A DNA stretch of 64,000 bases from Eledone cirrhosa (taxonomy: Eukaryota). The stretch spans positions 19,778,001 through 19,842,000 of the forward strand of contig OZ024761.1 of the NCBI GenBank assembly GCA_964016885.1, written 5' to 3'. Numbering within the stretch: position 1 is the stretch's first letter; every line of letters begins with the position of its first letter. This document shows, piece after piece, positions 1-11,482 of the stretch. A model generated the notes under the pieces. The model worked only from the letters and a program-made list of their open reading frames with translations. It made no database searches and was not told the DNA's origin. A program made the position numbers and the translations under genes.

Positions 1-4
1 TATG

Positions 5-35
<31 letters not shown>

Positions 36-216
36 GTATATGTATATATATATATGTATATATATATATGTATATATATATGTATATGTATATATATGTA
101 TATATATGTATATATATATATGTATATGTATATATATGTATATGTGTATATATATACATATATATGTATATATATGTTTATGTATATATATATACATATA
201 TATGTATATATATGTT

Positions 217-261
<45 letters not shown>

Positions 262-612
262 GTGTATATATATATATATATGTATATATATATGTATATG
301 TGTATATATATATACATATATATGTATATGTGTATGTATATATGTGTATATATATGTATATGTGTATATATATATATACATATATATGTATGTATCTGTG
401 TATATATATATATATATATACATATATATGTGTGTATATGTATATATATATATATATACATATATATGTATATATATGTGTATATATACATACATACACA
501 CATGTGTGTGTATATATATATGTGTGTATATGTATATATATATATATATATACATACATACACACACGTGTGTGTATGTGTATATATGTATGCATGTACA
601 TATATATATATA
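1..612. repeat. (TA/TG)n microsatellite; other large tracts at 1277-1598, 21665-22352, 41440-41950, 42722-43830, 45630-46160 and 62829-64000
   Basis: Direct reading. Confidence 0.98.
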
Positions 613-915
613 AATAATAGTAAAAAAGAAAAGACAGTAGAAAACACGAAAGGGATTTTCTCAGAATAACAGCAAAACATTTATTTACAAAATAGGAATT
701 TCCACATTATTTGTACTGGTTTCAGTGTATAGGCTTCTTCGTACAATGGAAGTGTATAATGAAATTAAATTGCACATCAATAAGAATATGGGAAAAAAAT
801 ATGTTAGATACAAAGTTTGCATTTTTGTCTGTAGTTTTCTGTCTTTCTCTCTTGGTGATGACCTTAACTGTTTTACTATATATGTATACATACACACACA
901 CATCCATGTATACAA

Positions 916-958
<43 letters not shown>

Positions 959-1333
959 ATATGCTCCCACACACCCCACCACAAGGTGGTCGTGGAGGTG
1001 CCACGGCAAAAAAGCACCCAGCCCACACTGTAAAGTGGACGTGTAGGCGCCACGAAAAAGCACCCAGCACTCACTGTAAATGAGGTTGGTGTTAGGAAGG
1101 GCATCCAGCTGTAGAAATCAAGCCAAATCAGTTCCTGTATGAGCAAGGCATGGTCAGCCGACCAGACACTGCACACAACAGGACAACCCGTCTAACCCAT
1201 GCTAGCGTGGAAGAACGGACGTAAAACGGTGCTCGATAAGGATAAATATATATCAAATATATAAGAACCGTAGAGCATATATGTATGTATATGTATATAT
1301 ATATGTATGTATATATATATATATATATATATG

Positions 1334-1364
<31 letters not shown>

Positions 1365-1366
1365 AA

Positions 1367-1947
<581 letters not shown>

Positions 1948-2071
1948 AGTGTAATTTTCTACACAAAACGAAGGTTATAGAGAAAATTGAGGTTGGTAAT
2001 GGCACATGGAATATATAAGAGACAGAATACTGTCTCTTATATATTCCATGTGCCATTACCAACCTCAATTT

Positions 2072-2126
<55 letters not shown>

Positions 2127-2610
2127 CATTGGCCTTGCAATCGAAAGGTTGTGAGTTCAATTCTCAGAAGGGTGATGTGTTGTTTCCCAATCCACACTGT
2201 CAATGTAATTGGTGTTAGGAAGGGCATCCAACTGTAAAAGGAAAGCCGGCTTTCCTGATGATTTCTTTCGAATGAAACAGTTCTAGTAACTGTGGTTACC
2301 CCCCCCCCCCCCACCTCACCCCCACTCCCACCCAATTGAACCTGGGACTCATATATATATGTTAGACTTTTTACCAATGGATAGAATTGGTAGTTTGGGT
2401 TGGTAAATGATGATGCAATAAATTAATTAAAGCACTCAACATTATGCAAATCATTCATGTATGTATGTGTATATATATATATATATTTATTAAAATAACA
2501 GATTAATGTTTAAGCAAAGAATTGCTGCTTTCACCCTTAACGGGATCTTCTGAAACTAAAAAAAATCAATCTGTGGATTAAATAACATTTTTTTTTTAAA
2601 TTTTCTTTTT

Positions 2611-2663
2611 AAGTTTCAGAAGATCCTGTTAAGGGTGAAAGCAGCGATTTTTTGCTTAAACTT
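2611..2663 (+). ncRNA. Hammerhead-like ribozyme fold with variant core CAGAAGA; also 2507-2557(-), 19941-19991(-) and 25208-25262(-)
   Basis: AAGTTT-CAGAAGA-T CCT GTTAA GGG T-GAAA-GCA[9 nt]TGC-TT-AAACTT: stems I, II and III pair in type I hammerhead order. Confidence 0.6.
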
Positions 2664-2984
2664 TAATCTGTTATTTTAATAAATATTTTCTCTATGGTTT
2701 TTATATATTTTTATATATATATTATCCTTATCGAACCCTCTTCGGATTTTAGTTTTCACATTTATTATTATTACTATATATATATATATATATATAGCGA
2801 AGGAAAAGTGGTAAGGAACCAGGTGGACCATAACGCACCAAAGTACTCAATACTTAGGGTAGTAGAGTGGGTAATAGGAGTAAGTAAGACCCCGACGGCT
2901 GAGCTCAAGCCGTTTCGACGGCTAATTCAGTACAGCATTAGCCGTCGAAATGGCTTGAGCTCAGCCGTCGGGGTCTTACTTACT

Positions 2985-3046
<62 letters not shown>

Positions 3047-3443
3047 AAGATAATAATAAATGGAAACTATATTTATTTTATTATATATATTTCAAGCAAA
3101 TAATAAATGGAAACTATATTTATAAAACCATATTTATTTTATTATATATATTCCAAGCAAATCTTGGTGCGCTTTCATCAGATAAAATACAAAATTTGTT
3201 TTATAAATAATGACATACCCATGGAAATCACACCTTAACGGTCTGAAGATTTGCTTGGTCGCCCTTGAAATGTATATAATAAAATAAATATGGTTTTATA
3301 AATATAGTTTCCATTTATTATTATCTTGGAATATTTACTCCAGTAACTTGTTGAGTGCTCTATATCAGTTATAAACATTTATGTTTGTCGGAATTCCAAC
3401 AAATTAAATACAACTCCTACATATATATATATATATATATATA

Positions 3444-3620
3444 TATGAGGCGGGGTGCTGAAACGTTCCTGACTTTGGGTAAAAGAAAATACAAGAGGAT
3501 CAGTTAATTATGATTTTATTCAACATATTCCCCCCTCAGATTCACACACTTATTGCTGTGGTCCTTCAGTTTTTCTAAGCCCTGTAAAAAGAACTCGGAA
3601 GATTGGGCCTCCAACCAAGG
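3444..3620 (-). mobile_element. Mariner element 3' end with TIR
   Basis: WLEAQSSEFFLQGLEKLKDHSNKCVNLRGEYVE*, then a TIR-like GAGG..GTGCTGAAA.GTTCC next to TA. Confidence 0.75.
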
Positions 3621-4129
3621 CTCTTAAATAGCCTTGTAGTGGTTGTAGTAGTGGTGGTTGTGGTGGTAATGGTGGTTGTGGTGATGATGGTTATGGTGGT
3701 GGTGGTGGTGGTGGTAGTGGTGATGGTTGCGGTAGTAGTGATGGTGGTAATGGTGGTTGTGGTAATGATGGTTATGGTGGTGGTGGTGGTGGTGATGATG
3801 GTTGCGGTAGTAGTGATGGTGGTAATGGTGGTTGTGGTGGTAGTGGTGATGGTTGCGGTAGTAGTGATGGTGGTAATGGTGGTTGTGGTGGTAGTGGTGA
3901 TGGTTGCGGTAGTAGTGATGGTGGTAATGGTGGTTATGGTGGTAGTGGTGATGGTTGCGGTAGTAGTGATGGTGGTAATGGTGGTTGTGGTCTCATAGTA
4001 GTGGCAGTTATAGTACTGTGTATATGTGTGTACGTGAAGTGTTAGGGAGGGGGAGAGTTTGAAGATGCGGAAGCTATGGTGTTAAAGATAAACATATATT
4101 TCTTAAGTTAATAATAATAATACTAATGT

Positions 4130-4800
4130 AACTCTCCAAATATAAAGATCTAGAGATAGAAATAACTTGAATATGGAAAATGAAAACAGAAACAATACCA
4201 ATAATTGTTTCTACTTTAGGCACAAGGCCAGCAATTACCCAGTGCATTAGTGGTACTTTATTTTATCGACCCCGTAAGGATGAAAGGCAAAGTCAACCTC
4301 GGCGGGATTTGAACTCAGATCGTAACGGGACGTCTATGCTAGAAAGCATGGCGTCCGATCCTCTACCGATACTGCCAATCCACCAATAATTGTTTCTACT
4401 TTAGGCACAAGGCCAGCAATTATCCAGTACATTACTGGTACTTTATTTTATCGACCCCGTAAGGATGAAAGGCAAAGTTAACCTTGGCGGGATTTGAACT
4501 CAGACCGTAAAGGGACGTAACTATGCTAGAAAGCATGGTGTCCAACCCTTATCGATACTGCCAATTCACCGAATCCACCAATAATGAAGGTGCTCTAGGA
4601 ATGATAAAATACATAGCCAAAACCCCAGGACTTACAAATATATACAGCATACAAAAGATAGCACTACTAGGCACTGCACATATATTACGAAAAGTACTAT
4701 CAATACAATAGAAACAACATCAGCAACAACTACACTGCACATACCCAAGACACACAGAGCTGTGCTCGGTAAAGCAGTAATGATGCCAAGAAAAATAATA
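4130..4800 (+). mobile_element. Dong/R4-like non-LTR retrotransposon 3' end (RLE domain C-terminus), interrupted by two SINEs
   Basis: KYKDLEIEI..WKMKTETIPIIV [SINEs] GALGMIK..IQKIALLGTAHILRKVLSIQ*; flanked by (TAA)n. Confidence 0.8.
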
Positions 4801-5745
4801 ATGGTTTCTACTTTTTGGCACAAGGCCAGCAATAATCCCAGTGTATTACTGGTACTTTATTTTATCGACCTCGTAAGGATGAAAGGCAAAGTTAACCTCG
4901 ACGGGATTTGAACTCAGAATGGCAAGGGCCGTAACTCTATGCGTCAAAGCATATAATAATGGTTTCTTATATAGGCACAAGGCCAGCAATTTTGGGGGAG
5001 GGGAAAGTCGATTAAATCGACCCCAGTGCGTGACTGGTACTTTATTTTATCGACCCCCGTAAGGATGAAAGTCAAAGTTAACCTTGGCGGGATTTGAACT
5101 CAGATCATAAAGAGCCGTAACTCAATGCTGCAAAGCATGGCGTCAGACCCTCTACCGATACTGCCAATACACTGCCCTAAAAATGGAAATAATAATTATT
5201 TCCATTATTAGCCAGCAAATATGCCAGCAAATACCCAGTACATTACTGGTACTTTATTTTATCGACCCTGTAAGGATGAAAGGCAAAGTTAACCTCGGTG
5301 GGATTTGAACTCAGATCGTAACGGGACGTAACTATGCTGGAAAGCATGTCCGGCCCCTCTTCCTAATGGAAATAATAATAATAATTGTTTCTACTTTTGG
5401 AACAAGGACAGCAGTGCATTACTGGTACTTTATTTTATCGACTCCGTAAGGATGAAAAGCAAAGTTACCTCGGCGGGATTTGAACTCAGAATATAAAGGG
5501 TCATAACTCTATGTTGCAAAGCATGGTGTCTGACGCTCTGATATAGGCACAAGGCCAACAATTTTGGGGTGAGGGGAAAGTTGATTAAGTGGACTCCAGT
5601 GTATTACTGGTACTTTATTTTATTGACCCCGTAAGGATGAAAGGCAAAGTTAACCTCAGTGGATTTGAACTTAGACCGTAAAGGGCCGTAACTCTATACT
5701 GCAAAGCATGGCGTCCGACCCTCTCCCAATACTGCCAATCCACAA
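4204..5745 (-). mobile_element. Cluster of about 7 same-orientation tRNA-headed SINEs (family B). Many more copies, e.g. 6758-6950, 14925-15290, 16575-16735, 17680-18180, 20170-20332, 32995-33305, 43940-44615, 47135-47590, 52993-53375 and 54135-54340
   Basis: Head GGATTGGCAGTATCGGTAGA..GAGTTCAAATCC; central GTTAACTTTGCCTTTCATCCTT..GGGGTCGATAAAAT..AGTACCAG (resembles, from memory, the Nin/Deu-type domain of octopus SINEs); tail GAAACAATT(ATT)n. Confidence 0.88.
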
Positions 5746-6094
5746 TAATTATTATTTTGATGTGCTGGTTGCATGGATTGTGATGACTCTCTCGAGTTAT
5801 GTTAATCTTTTGATGGTTAAGTTCTCACCTGCCTGCGCCACACCTGCAGATGAGTTGCTATTAGTTCTCTGACTGAACTTTGTGATCCTAACTGTTGATC
5901 AAGACAGTTTCTTCTGCTCAGCATCGGATGAAATATGCCTTTGATTCATCCTTCTTTTAGTTCACCACAGACTGGAACTGAAATATTTCTACCATAGATT
6001 AAAACTGGAATTTTTCTACCACAAATTGAAATAGGAATTTTTCTACCACATATTAAAACTGAAATAATTTTTCTACCGCTTATATTAAAACTTC

Positions 6095-6592
6095 AACGTT
6101 CAGTAATCAGAAGAAGGGAGGTAGGCATAAAAGCCAAACTCGCTATCTTCAATTCAGTTTTTGTGCCAACCATTTCCTATTGGCATGAATCTTGAGTAAT
6201 GACCGAAAGAATACGATCGCAAATACAAGTGGCCAAGATGGGATTCCTCCGAAGGGTCTTTGGAGTAATGTTACTTGATAAAGTGTCTAACTCAGAGATC
6301 AGAAAGTCACTCCAGGTAGAGCCACTACTTCTCCAAATTGAGAAATGATACTATGGGCATGTGGTTAGAATGTCTCAGGAAAGAATTGCTGGACAAATTT
6401 TATGGGCAAAACTAATTGGCAAGAGATCCAGAGGTAGACCCTGAGCAAGATGGTTGGATAACATCCATAAATTTGGCTTTTCATGCTTGGGGATCTAGCC
6501 AGATCAATTGGAGATGGTTGCTTTTTACTGGACCTGCTGGAGGGAGTGTTTGAGGGTTCATACGACTCTCTTTGGAATATGTGGGCAAAGAA
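6095..6592 (+). mobile_element. RTE-clade LINE 3' fragment, Rex3/Expander-like (family 3)
   Basis: Degraded KAKLAIFNSVFVPTI.Y.HES.VMTERIRSQIQVAKMGFLRRV..EPLLLQIE..GHVVRM..KRSRGRP. Confidence 0.8.
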
Positions 6593-7810
6593 GAGCATTT
6601 AAACCAGCTGTATCTGGCCAGAATTCTCTCCCCTCTTTCTGTTCAAACCGGCTGTAACCGACTGCTCATACTGATGTTAAGATATTGTTCTCAAAATAAA
6701 TAATATCAAAATTATGTGAGATAATTATGTGAAGTAAAGCCTTTACCGTGAAAATATAATTGTTTCTACTTTTGGCACAAGGCCAGCAATTAACCCAGTG
6801 TATTACTGGTACTTTATTTTATCGACCCCCGTAAGGATGAAAGGCAAAGTTAACCTCGGCGGGATTTGAACTGAGACCGCAAAGGGCCGTAACTCTTTGT
6901 TGCAAAGCATGGCGTCAGACCCTCTACCGATACTGCCAATCCACTGCCCTTTACCATGAAAACATAATAGTAAATATAGAGTAATGTAAATGTTAAAGGG
7001 TTAAAACTAAAATATTTCTACCACATTAAAACTGAAATATTTCTACCACATATCAAAACTGAAATATTTCTACCACATTAACCCTTTAGCATTTAAACCA
7101 GCCATATCTGGCCAGAATTCTTTCACCTTTTTCTGTTCAAACCGGTTGTAACTGGCCAGTTACACTGATGTTAAGATAATGTTCTCAAAATAAATATCAA
7201 AATCTTGTACGTTCGATATTATGTGAGATAATTATGTGAAATAAATCTTTTACAGTTAAAATACAATTGTAAATATAGAGTAATGTGAATGTTAAAGTGT
7301 TAAAACTGAAATATTTCTACCATATATCAAACTGAAATATTTCTTCCATGTAAACCCCCCCCCCCAAAAAAAATAAAACGCCAAAAAAAAAATAGGCGTA
7401 GTTTCATGTCCGACACAATTGTTCACGAAACTCTCTCTGTCTTCTCCTCTTCTCTTCTCTCAGTAATTAGACTCAGCCACAGTGGTTAACATGGTAAATA
7501 TAGCAACATATTGTTATCCCTGTGCTATATTTAGAACCTATGTTAAAACTCCTGTTAAGAGATTGTCAAGCAGTATGGCTATCAAGCATCATATGTCTGG
7601 ATTGGAGGGATTTCTTTGGCAATAAAATAGCTCACGTAACAGGATTCTCGACAAGAAACAACACTCTGAAACTATTCAATACCATTCGTTCAACAATTGT
7701 CCAACCAAATTCCATGATGATTGTTTATTTATTCCTGGACAAATTTTGCAAATGGTTTGACAGTTCCTTAACTACTTCAGTGCCGTAGACGAGATAACTC
7801 GTCCTAACAT

Positions 7811-7988
7811 TTGAACTCGTTCCCAAAAGTTCATAACTGCAAAGTTATGAACTCGTTTCCAAAAGTTCATAACTGCAAAGTTATGAACTCGTTTCCAAAA
7901 GTTCATAACTGCAAAGTTATGAACTCGTTTCCAAAAGTTCATAACTTCAAAGTTATGAACTCGTTTCCAAAAGTTCATAACTTCAAAG
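7811..7988. repeat. 36-bp palindromic minisatellite, about 5 copies
   Basis: Unit AGTTATGAACT-CGTTTCCAAA-AGTTCATAACT-GCAA. Confidence 0.93.
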
Positions 7989-9119
7989 CTAGATGGGGTT
8001 ACTAGTTTATTGATGTGATGTTTGTCAATCAAAATATTCATTTTACTGGAGAAAAAAAACCCAGCACAGCAACTGTAGTTGTGTAAAATATATGCAGCAG
8101 TCAACAGGTTAATACTTTGGCAAGTATTGATCATTCAGGCCACAGGCATGGCAATAAGGTTAAGGTGTTCACTTTCTAACCACATGGTTTTAGGGTTTTT
8201 TCTTTCACTGCATGGCACCTTGGGCAAATGTCTTCTTTTAACTACAGCCTCTGGTTGACCAGTGTATTGTGGGGGAAATTTGTCAGACACAAACTGCAGA
8301 AGCCTATTGTACATCAACATCATCATTATCATCACCGTTTAACGTCCATTTTTCCATGCTAGCATGTGTTACATGGCTTGTCCTGTTTGAGGCAAAGTGG
8401 GTCAGGTGACCTTGTCTTGCTCACACAGAACTGTTTCTGGCTAGGTTTCTATGACTGCATGCCCTTCCTAACACCAACCACATTTATATATATATCATGA
8501 CCTTGTACACTTACACCTCTCTAAGACAATGTCATTGGATCAAAACCTTTGGCGCTATGAAGTAATACAGAAGACCCTCCTTCCCTACATACAAAGTTAA
8601 ACCTACAGTGAGTAGGCCCCTCTTAACCAAATATACACCCCAACCCACTCCCACCAACACCACCCTTTCTCTGTAAAGTTATGTTGGTACCACAGAACAT
8701 CCAGTCCTCACTGTAAAGTGGTCATGTAGGTGTCACGACAAAAAGCACCCAGTCCACGCTGTAAAGTGGTCATGTAGGAGACAGTAAAAAGGCTCCCAGT
8801 CCACACTGTAAATGTGGTTGGTGTTAGGAAGGGCATCCCGCCATAGAAAACCTGCCAGATAGTCCTATACAAGCAAGATATAATCACCCGATCAATCTTG
8901 CCTCAAGTGGGACACTTCCCGTCTAACCCATGCTAGCGTGGAAGATAGACGTTAAACGATGATGATGATGATGATCATCATCATCATCATCACTGTTTAA
9001 TGTTCATTTTCCATGCTAGACAGGTTGTCCCATTGTGAGAGAACTCAGATCAGATGATCATGTCTTGCTCATACCAAACTGATTTTGGCTTGGTTTCTCC
9101 AGCTCAATGCCCTTACTAA

Positions 9120-9710
9120 CACCAACCACAATTACAGGGAGTACTGGGTACTTTTTGTGGTGATACCTACACGGCCACTTTACAGTGTGGGCTGGATGTT
9201 TTTTGTTATGACACCTACACAACCACTTTACAGTGAGGACTGGATGTTTTTGTTATGACACCTACACAACCACTTTACAGTGAGGACTGGGTGTTTTTGT
9301 TGTGATACCTACACGACCACTTTACAGTGAGGACTGGGTGTTTTTTGTTGTGATACCTACACAACCACTTTACAGTGAGGACTGGGTGTTTTTGTTGTGA
9401 TACCTACACAACCACTTTACAGTGAGGACTGGGTGTTTTTGTTGTGATACCTACACAACCACTTTACAGTGAGGACTGGGTGTTTTTGTTGTGATACCTA
9501 CATGACCACTTTACAGTGAGAACTGGGTGCTTTTTGTTGTGATACCTACACAACCACTTTACAGTGAGGACTGGGTGTTTTTGTTATGACACCTACACAA
9601 CCACTTTACAGTGAGGACTGGGTGTTTTTGTTATGACACCTACACAACCACTTTACAGTGAGGACTGGCTGTTTTTTGTTGTGACACCTACACAACCACT
9701 TTACAGTGTT
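9120..9710. repeat. ~47-bp tandem array (about 12 copies) derived from the internal repeat of the RTE family 2 3'UTR
   Basis: Unit ACAACCACTTTACAGTGAGGACTGGGTGTTTTTGTTGTGATACCTAC. Confidence 0.92.
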
Positions 9711-9712
9711 CT

Positions 9713-9772
<60 letters not shown>

Positions 9773-9913
9773 GGATATCCGTATATAAAATATGAAGGAA
9801 AACAATGCTCAATCTGTTGCAAGAGAGTTTTAGTATAAAAAAAGTTTTATACACTTAACATGTATGCATGACTTTAGGTTTCAGTGTCACGCTGAATCTC
9901 CCTGAGAGTTACG

Positions 9914-10151
9914 TTAACCCTTTAGCATTTAAACCAGCCATATCCGGCCAGAATTCTCCCACCTTTTTCTGTTCAAACCGGCCATAACTGGCTGTTCAAT
10001 TGGCGACTCATACTGATGTTAAGCTATTGTTCTCAAAATAAATATCAAAATCTTGTAGATTCAATATTATGTGAGATAATTATGTGAGGTAAAGCCTTTA
10101 CCATGAAAATACAATAGTAAATATAGAGTAATGTAAATGTTAAAGGTTTAA
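9914..10151 (+). mobile_element. piggyBac-type MITE (~220 bp). Copies also at about 6594-7003, 7078-7303, 13024-13640, 16734-16953, 36022-36251, 39050-39258, 48536-48710, 50942-52564, 57540-57750, 58070-58405, 59455-59695 and 60082-60281
   Basis: Consensus TTAA-CCCTTTAGCATTTA...TAAATGCTAAAGGG-TTAA. This copy splits a SINE at a TTAA that is duplicated (9914-9917 and 10148-10151). Confidence 0.85.
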
Positions 10152-10689
10152 GGGTGGGCATGTCTGTTGAATGCTCAGCTATTTGCACGTTGAGATCATG
10201 AATAGGCTGTTCCGTTGATTGTATCAACTGCAACACTCATCGTTATGACCGATGGAGAACCAGAAATAAATATCACTGTTCATTGTCTTAACCAGTAAAC
10301 AAAACACTCAAAAAACACTTTAACCCTTCAGCATTTACATTACTCTTGTATTTTCACAGTAAAGGCTTTACCTCACATAATATCTCATATATATTTATTT
10401 ATATTACTCTATATTTACTATTGCATTTTCACAGTAAAGGCTTTATCTTTCACAATTATCTCACATAATATCAAATCTAAGAGATTTTGATGTTATTTAT
10501 TTTAAAAACAATACCTTACCCCTTTAGCATTTAAACCAGCCATATCCAGCCACCTCTTTCTGTTCAAACCGGCCATAACCGGCTGCTCATACTTATGTTA
10601 AGGTATTGTTTTCCTGCCAGAATTCTCTCACCTCTTTCTGCTCACACTGATGTAACTGGATGACAAACTCCATATGCTTCAAATTTGGA

Positions 10690-10917
10690 CCCACAGAGAA
10701 AGACTGAAAAAAAAGGGGACAAACTAGCAACTGGCTTGGTAAACACCCACAAAATTATTAAACATCTTGCCAACAACAACCCTGAGCACCTTTTTGAATT
10801 CCTTGTGTCTAACACCTGCGGGCATGCCTACAAAGTCAGAAAAAAAGCACAGCTCCCATGATTTTCAGAAACATTTTTTCATACTCAGAGTTGCTGACAG
10901 TTATTAGCTGCTGAAAC

Positions 10918-10958
<41 letters not shown>

Positions 10959-11482
10959 CCGTACCGTCTATCTTCCACGCTAGCATGGGTTAGACGGTAT
11001 GGTCCCACTTAACGCAAGATTGGTCGGGTGACCATGTCTCGCTTGTATAGAACTGTTTCTGGCAGGTTTCTTACAGTCGAATGCCCTTCCGAACACCAAC
11101 CACATTTACAGTGTGGACTGGGTTCTTTTTGTCGTGTCTCCTACATGACCACTTTACAGTGTGGATTGGATGAACATAACTTTACAGAGAAAGGGTGGTG
11201 TGGACAGAAGTGTGAGGATGGAGTAGGGTGTGTGGGGTGGGGTGTATATTTGGTTAAGAGGTGCCTACTGAATGTAGGTTTAAGTTCGTATGTAAAGGAA
11301 GGCTTCCTGAAATTCGCCAACACTACACCTGATATCCCCCATCCATACACAGGCACACATGTATATCATGACTCATACACTGTTCACTTTCCTGACATTT
11401 TTATATTATTCTATGTACTATACATGCACCTTTGATGAGTTGTAGTGCACCTGAGCACTGTACACAATAATTTCATTATTAT
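10690..11482 (+). mobile_element. CR1-like LINE 3' end interrupted by an RTE family 2 3'UTR insertion
   Basis: GHAYKVRK.HSSHDFQKHFFILRVA.. resumes at about 11306 (PEIRQHYT*); ends ..GCACTGTACACAATAATTTCATTATT. Confidence 0.7.

Noticed and set aside
2-680. Long Ile/Tyr/Cys/Val ORFs (also 1128-1674, 21637-22503, 41391-41954, 42655-43698, 45602-46212 and 62925-63281)
   Set aside because: Translations of (TA/TG)n microsatellites, which lack stop codons in several frames.
7441-7500. Plus-strand acceptor-like pyrimidine tract with CAG, and a GT 30 nt later (micro-exon)
   Set aside because: Stops in all three frames and no partner exons found.
7522-7788. 88-aa ORF with a faint resemblance to Merlin-type transposase
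   Set aside because: No catalytic motif recognisable; resemblance too weak.
7811-7988. CRISPR-like 36-bp palindromic repeats
   Set aside because: No unique spacers, no cas genes, eukaryotic context.
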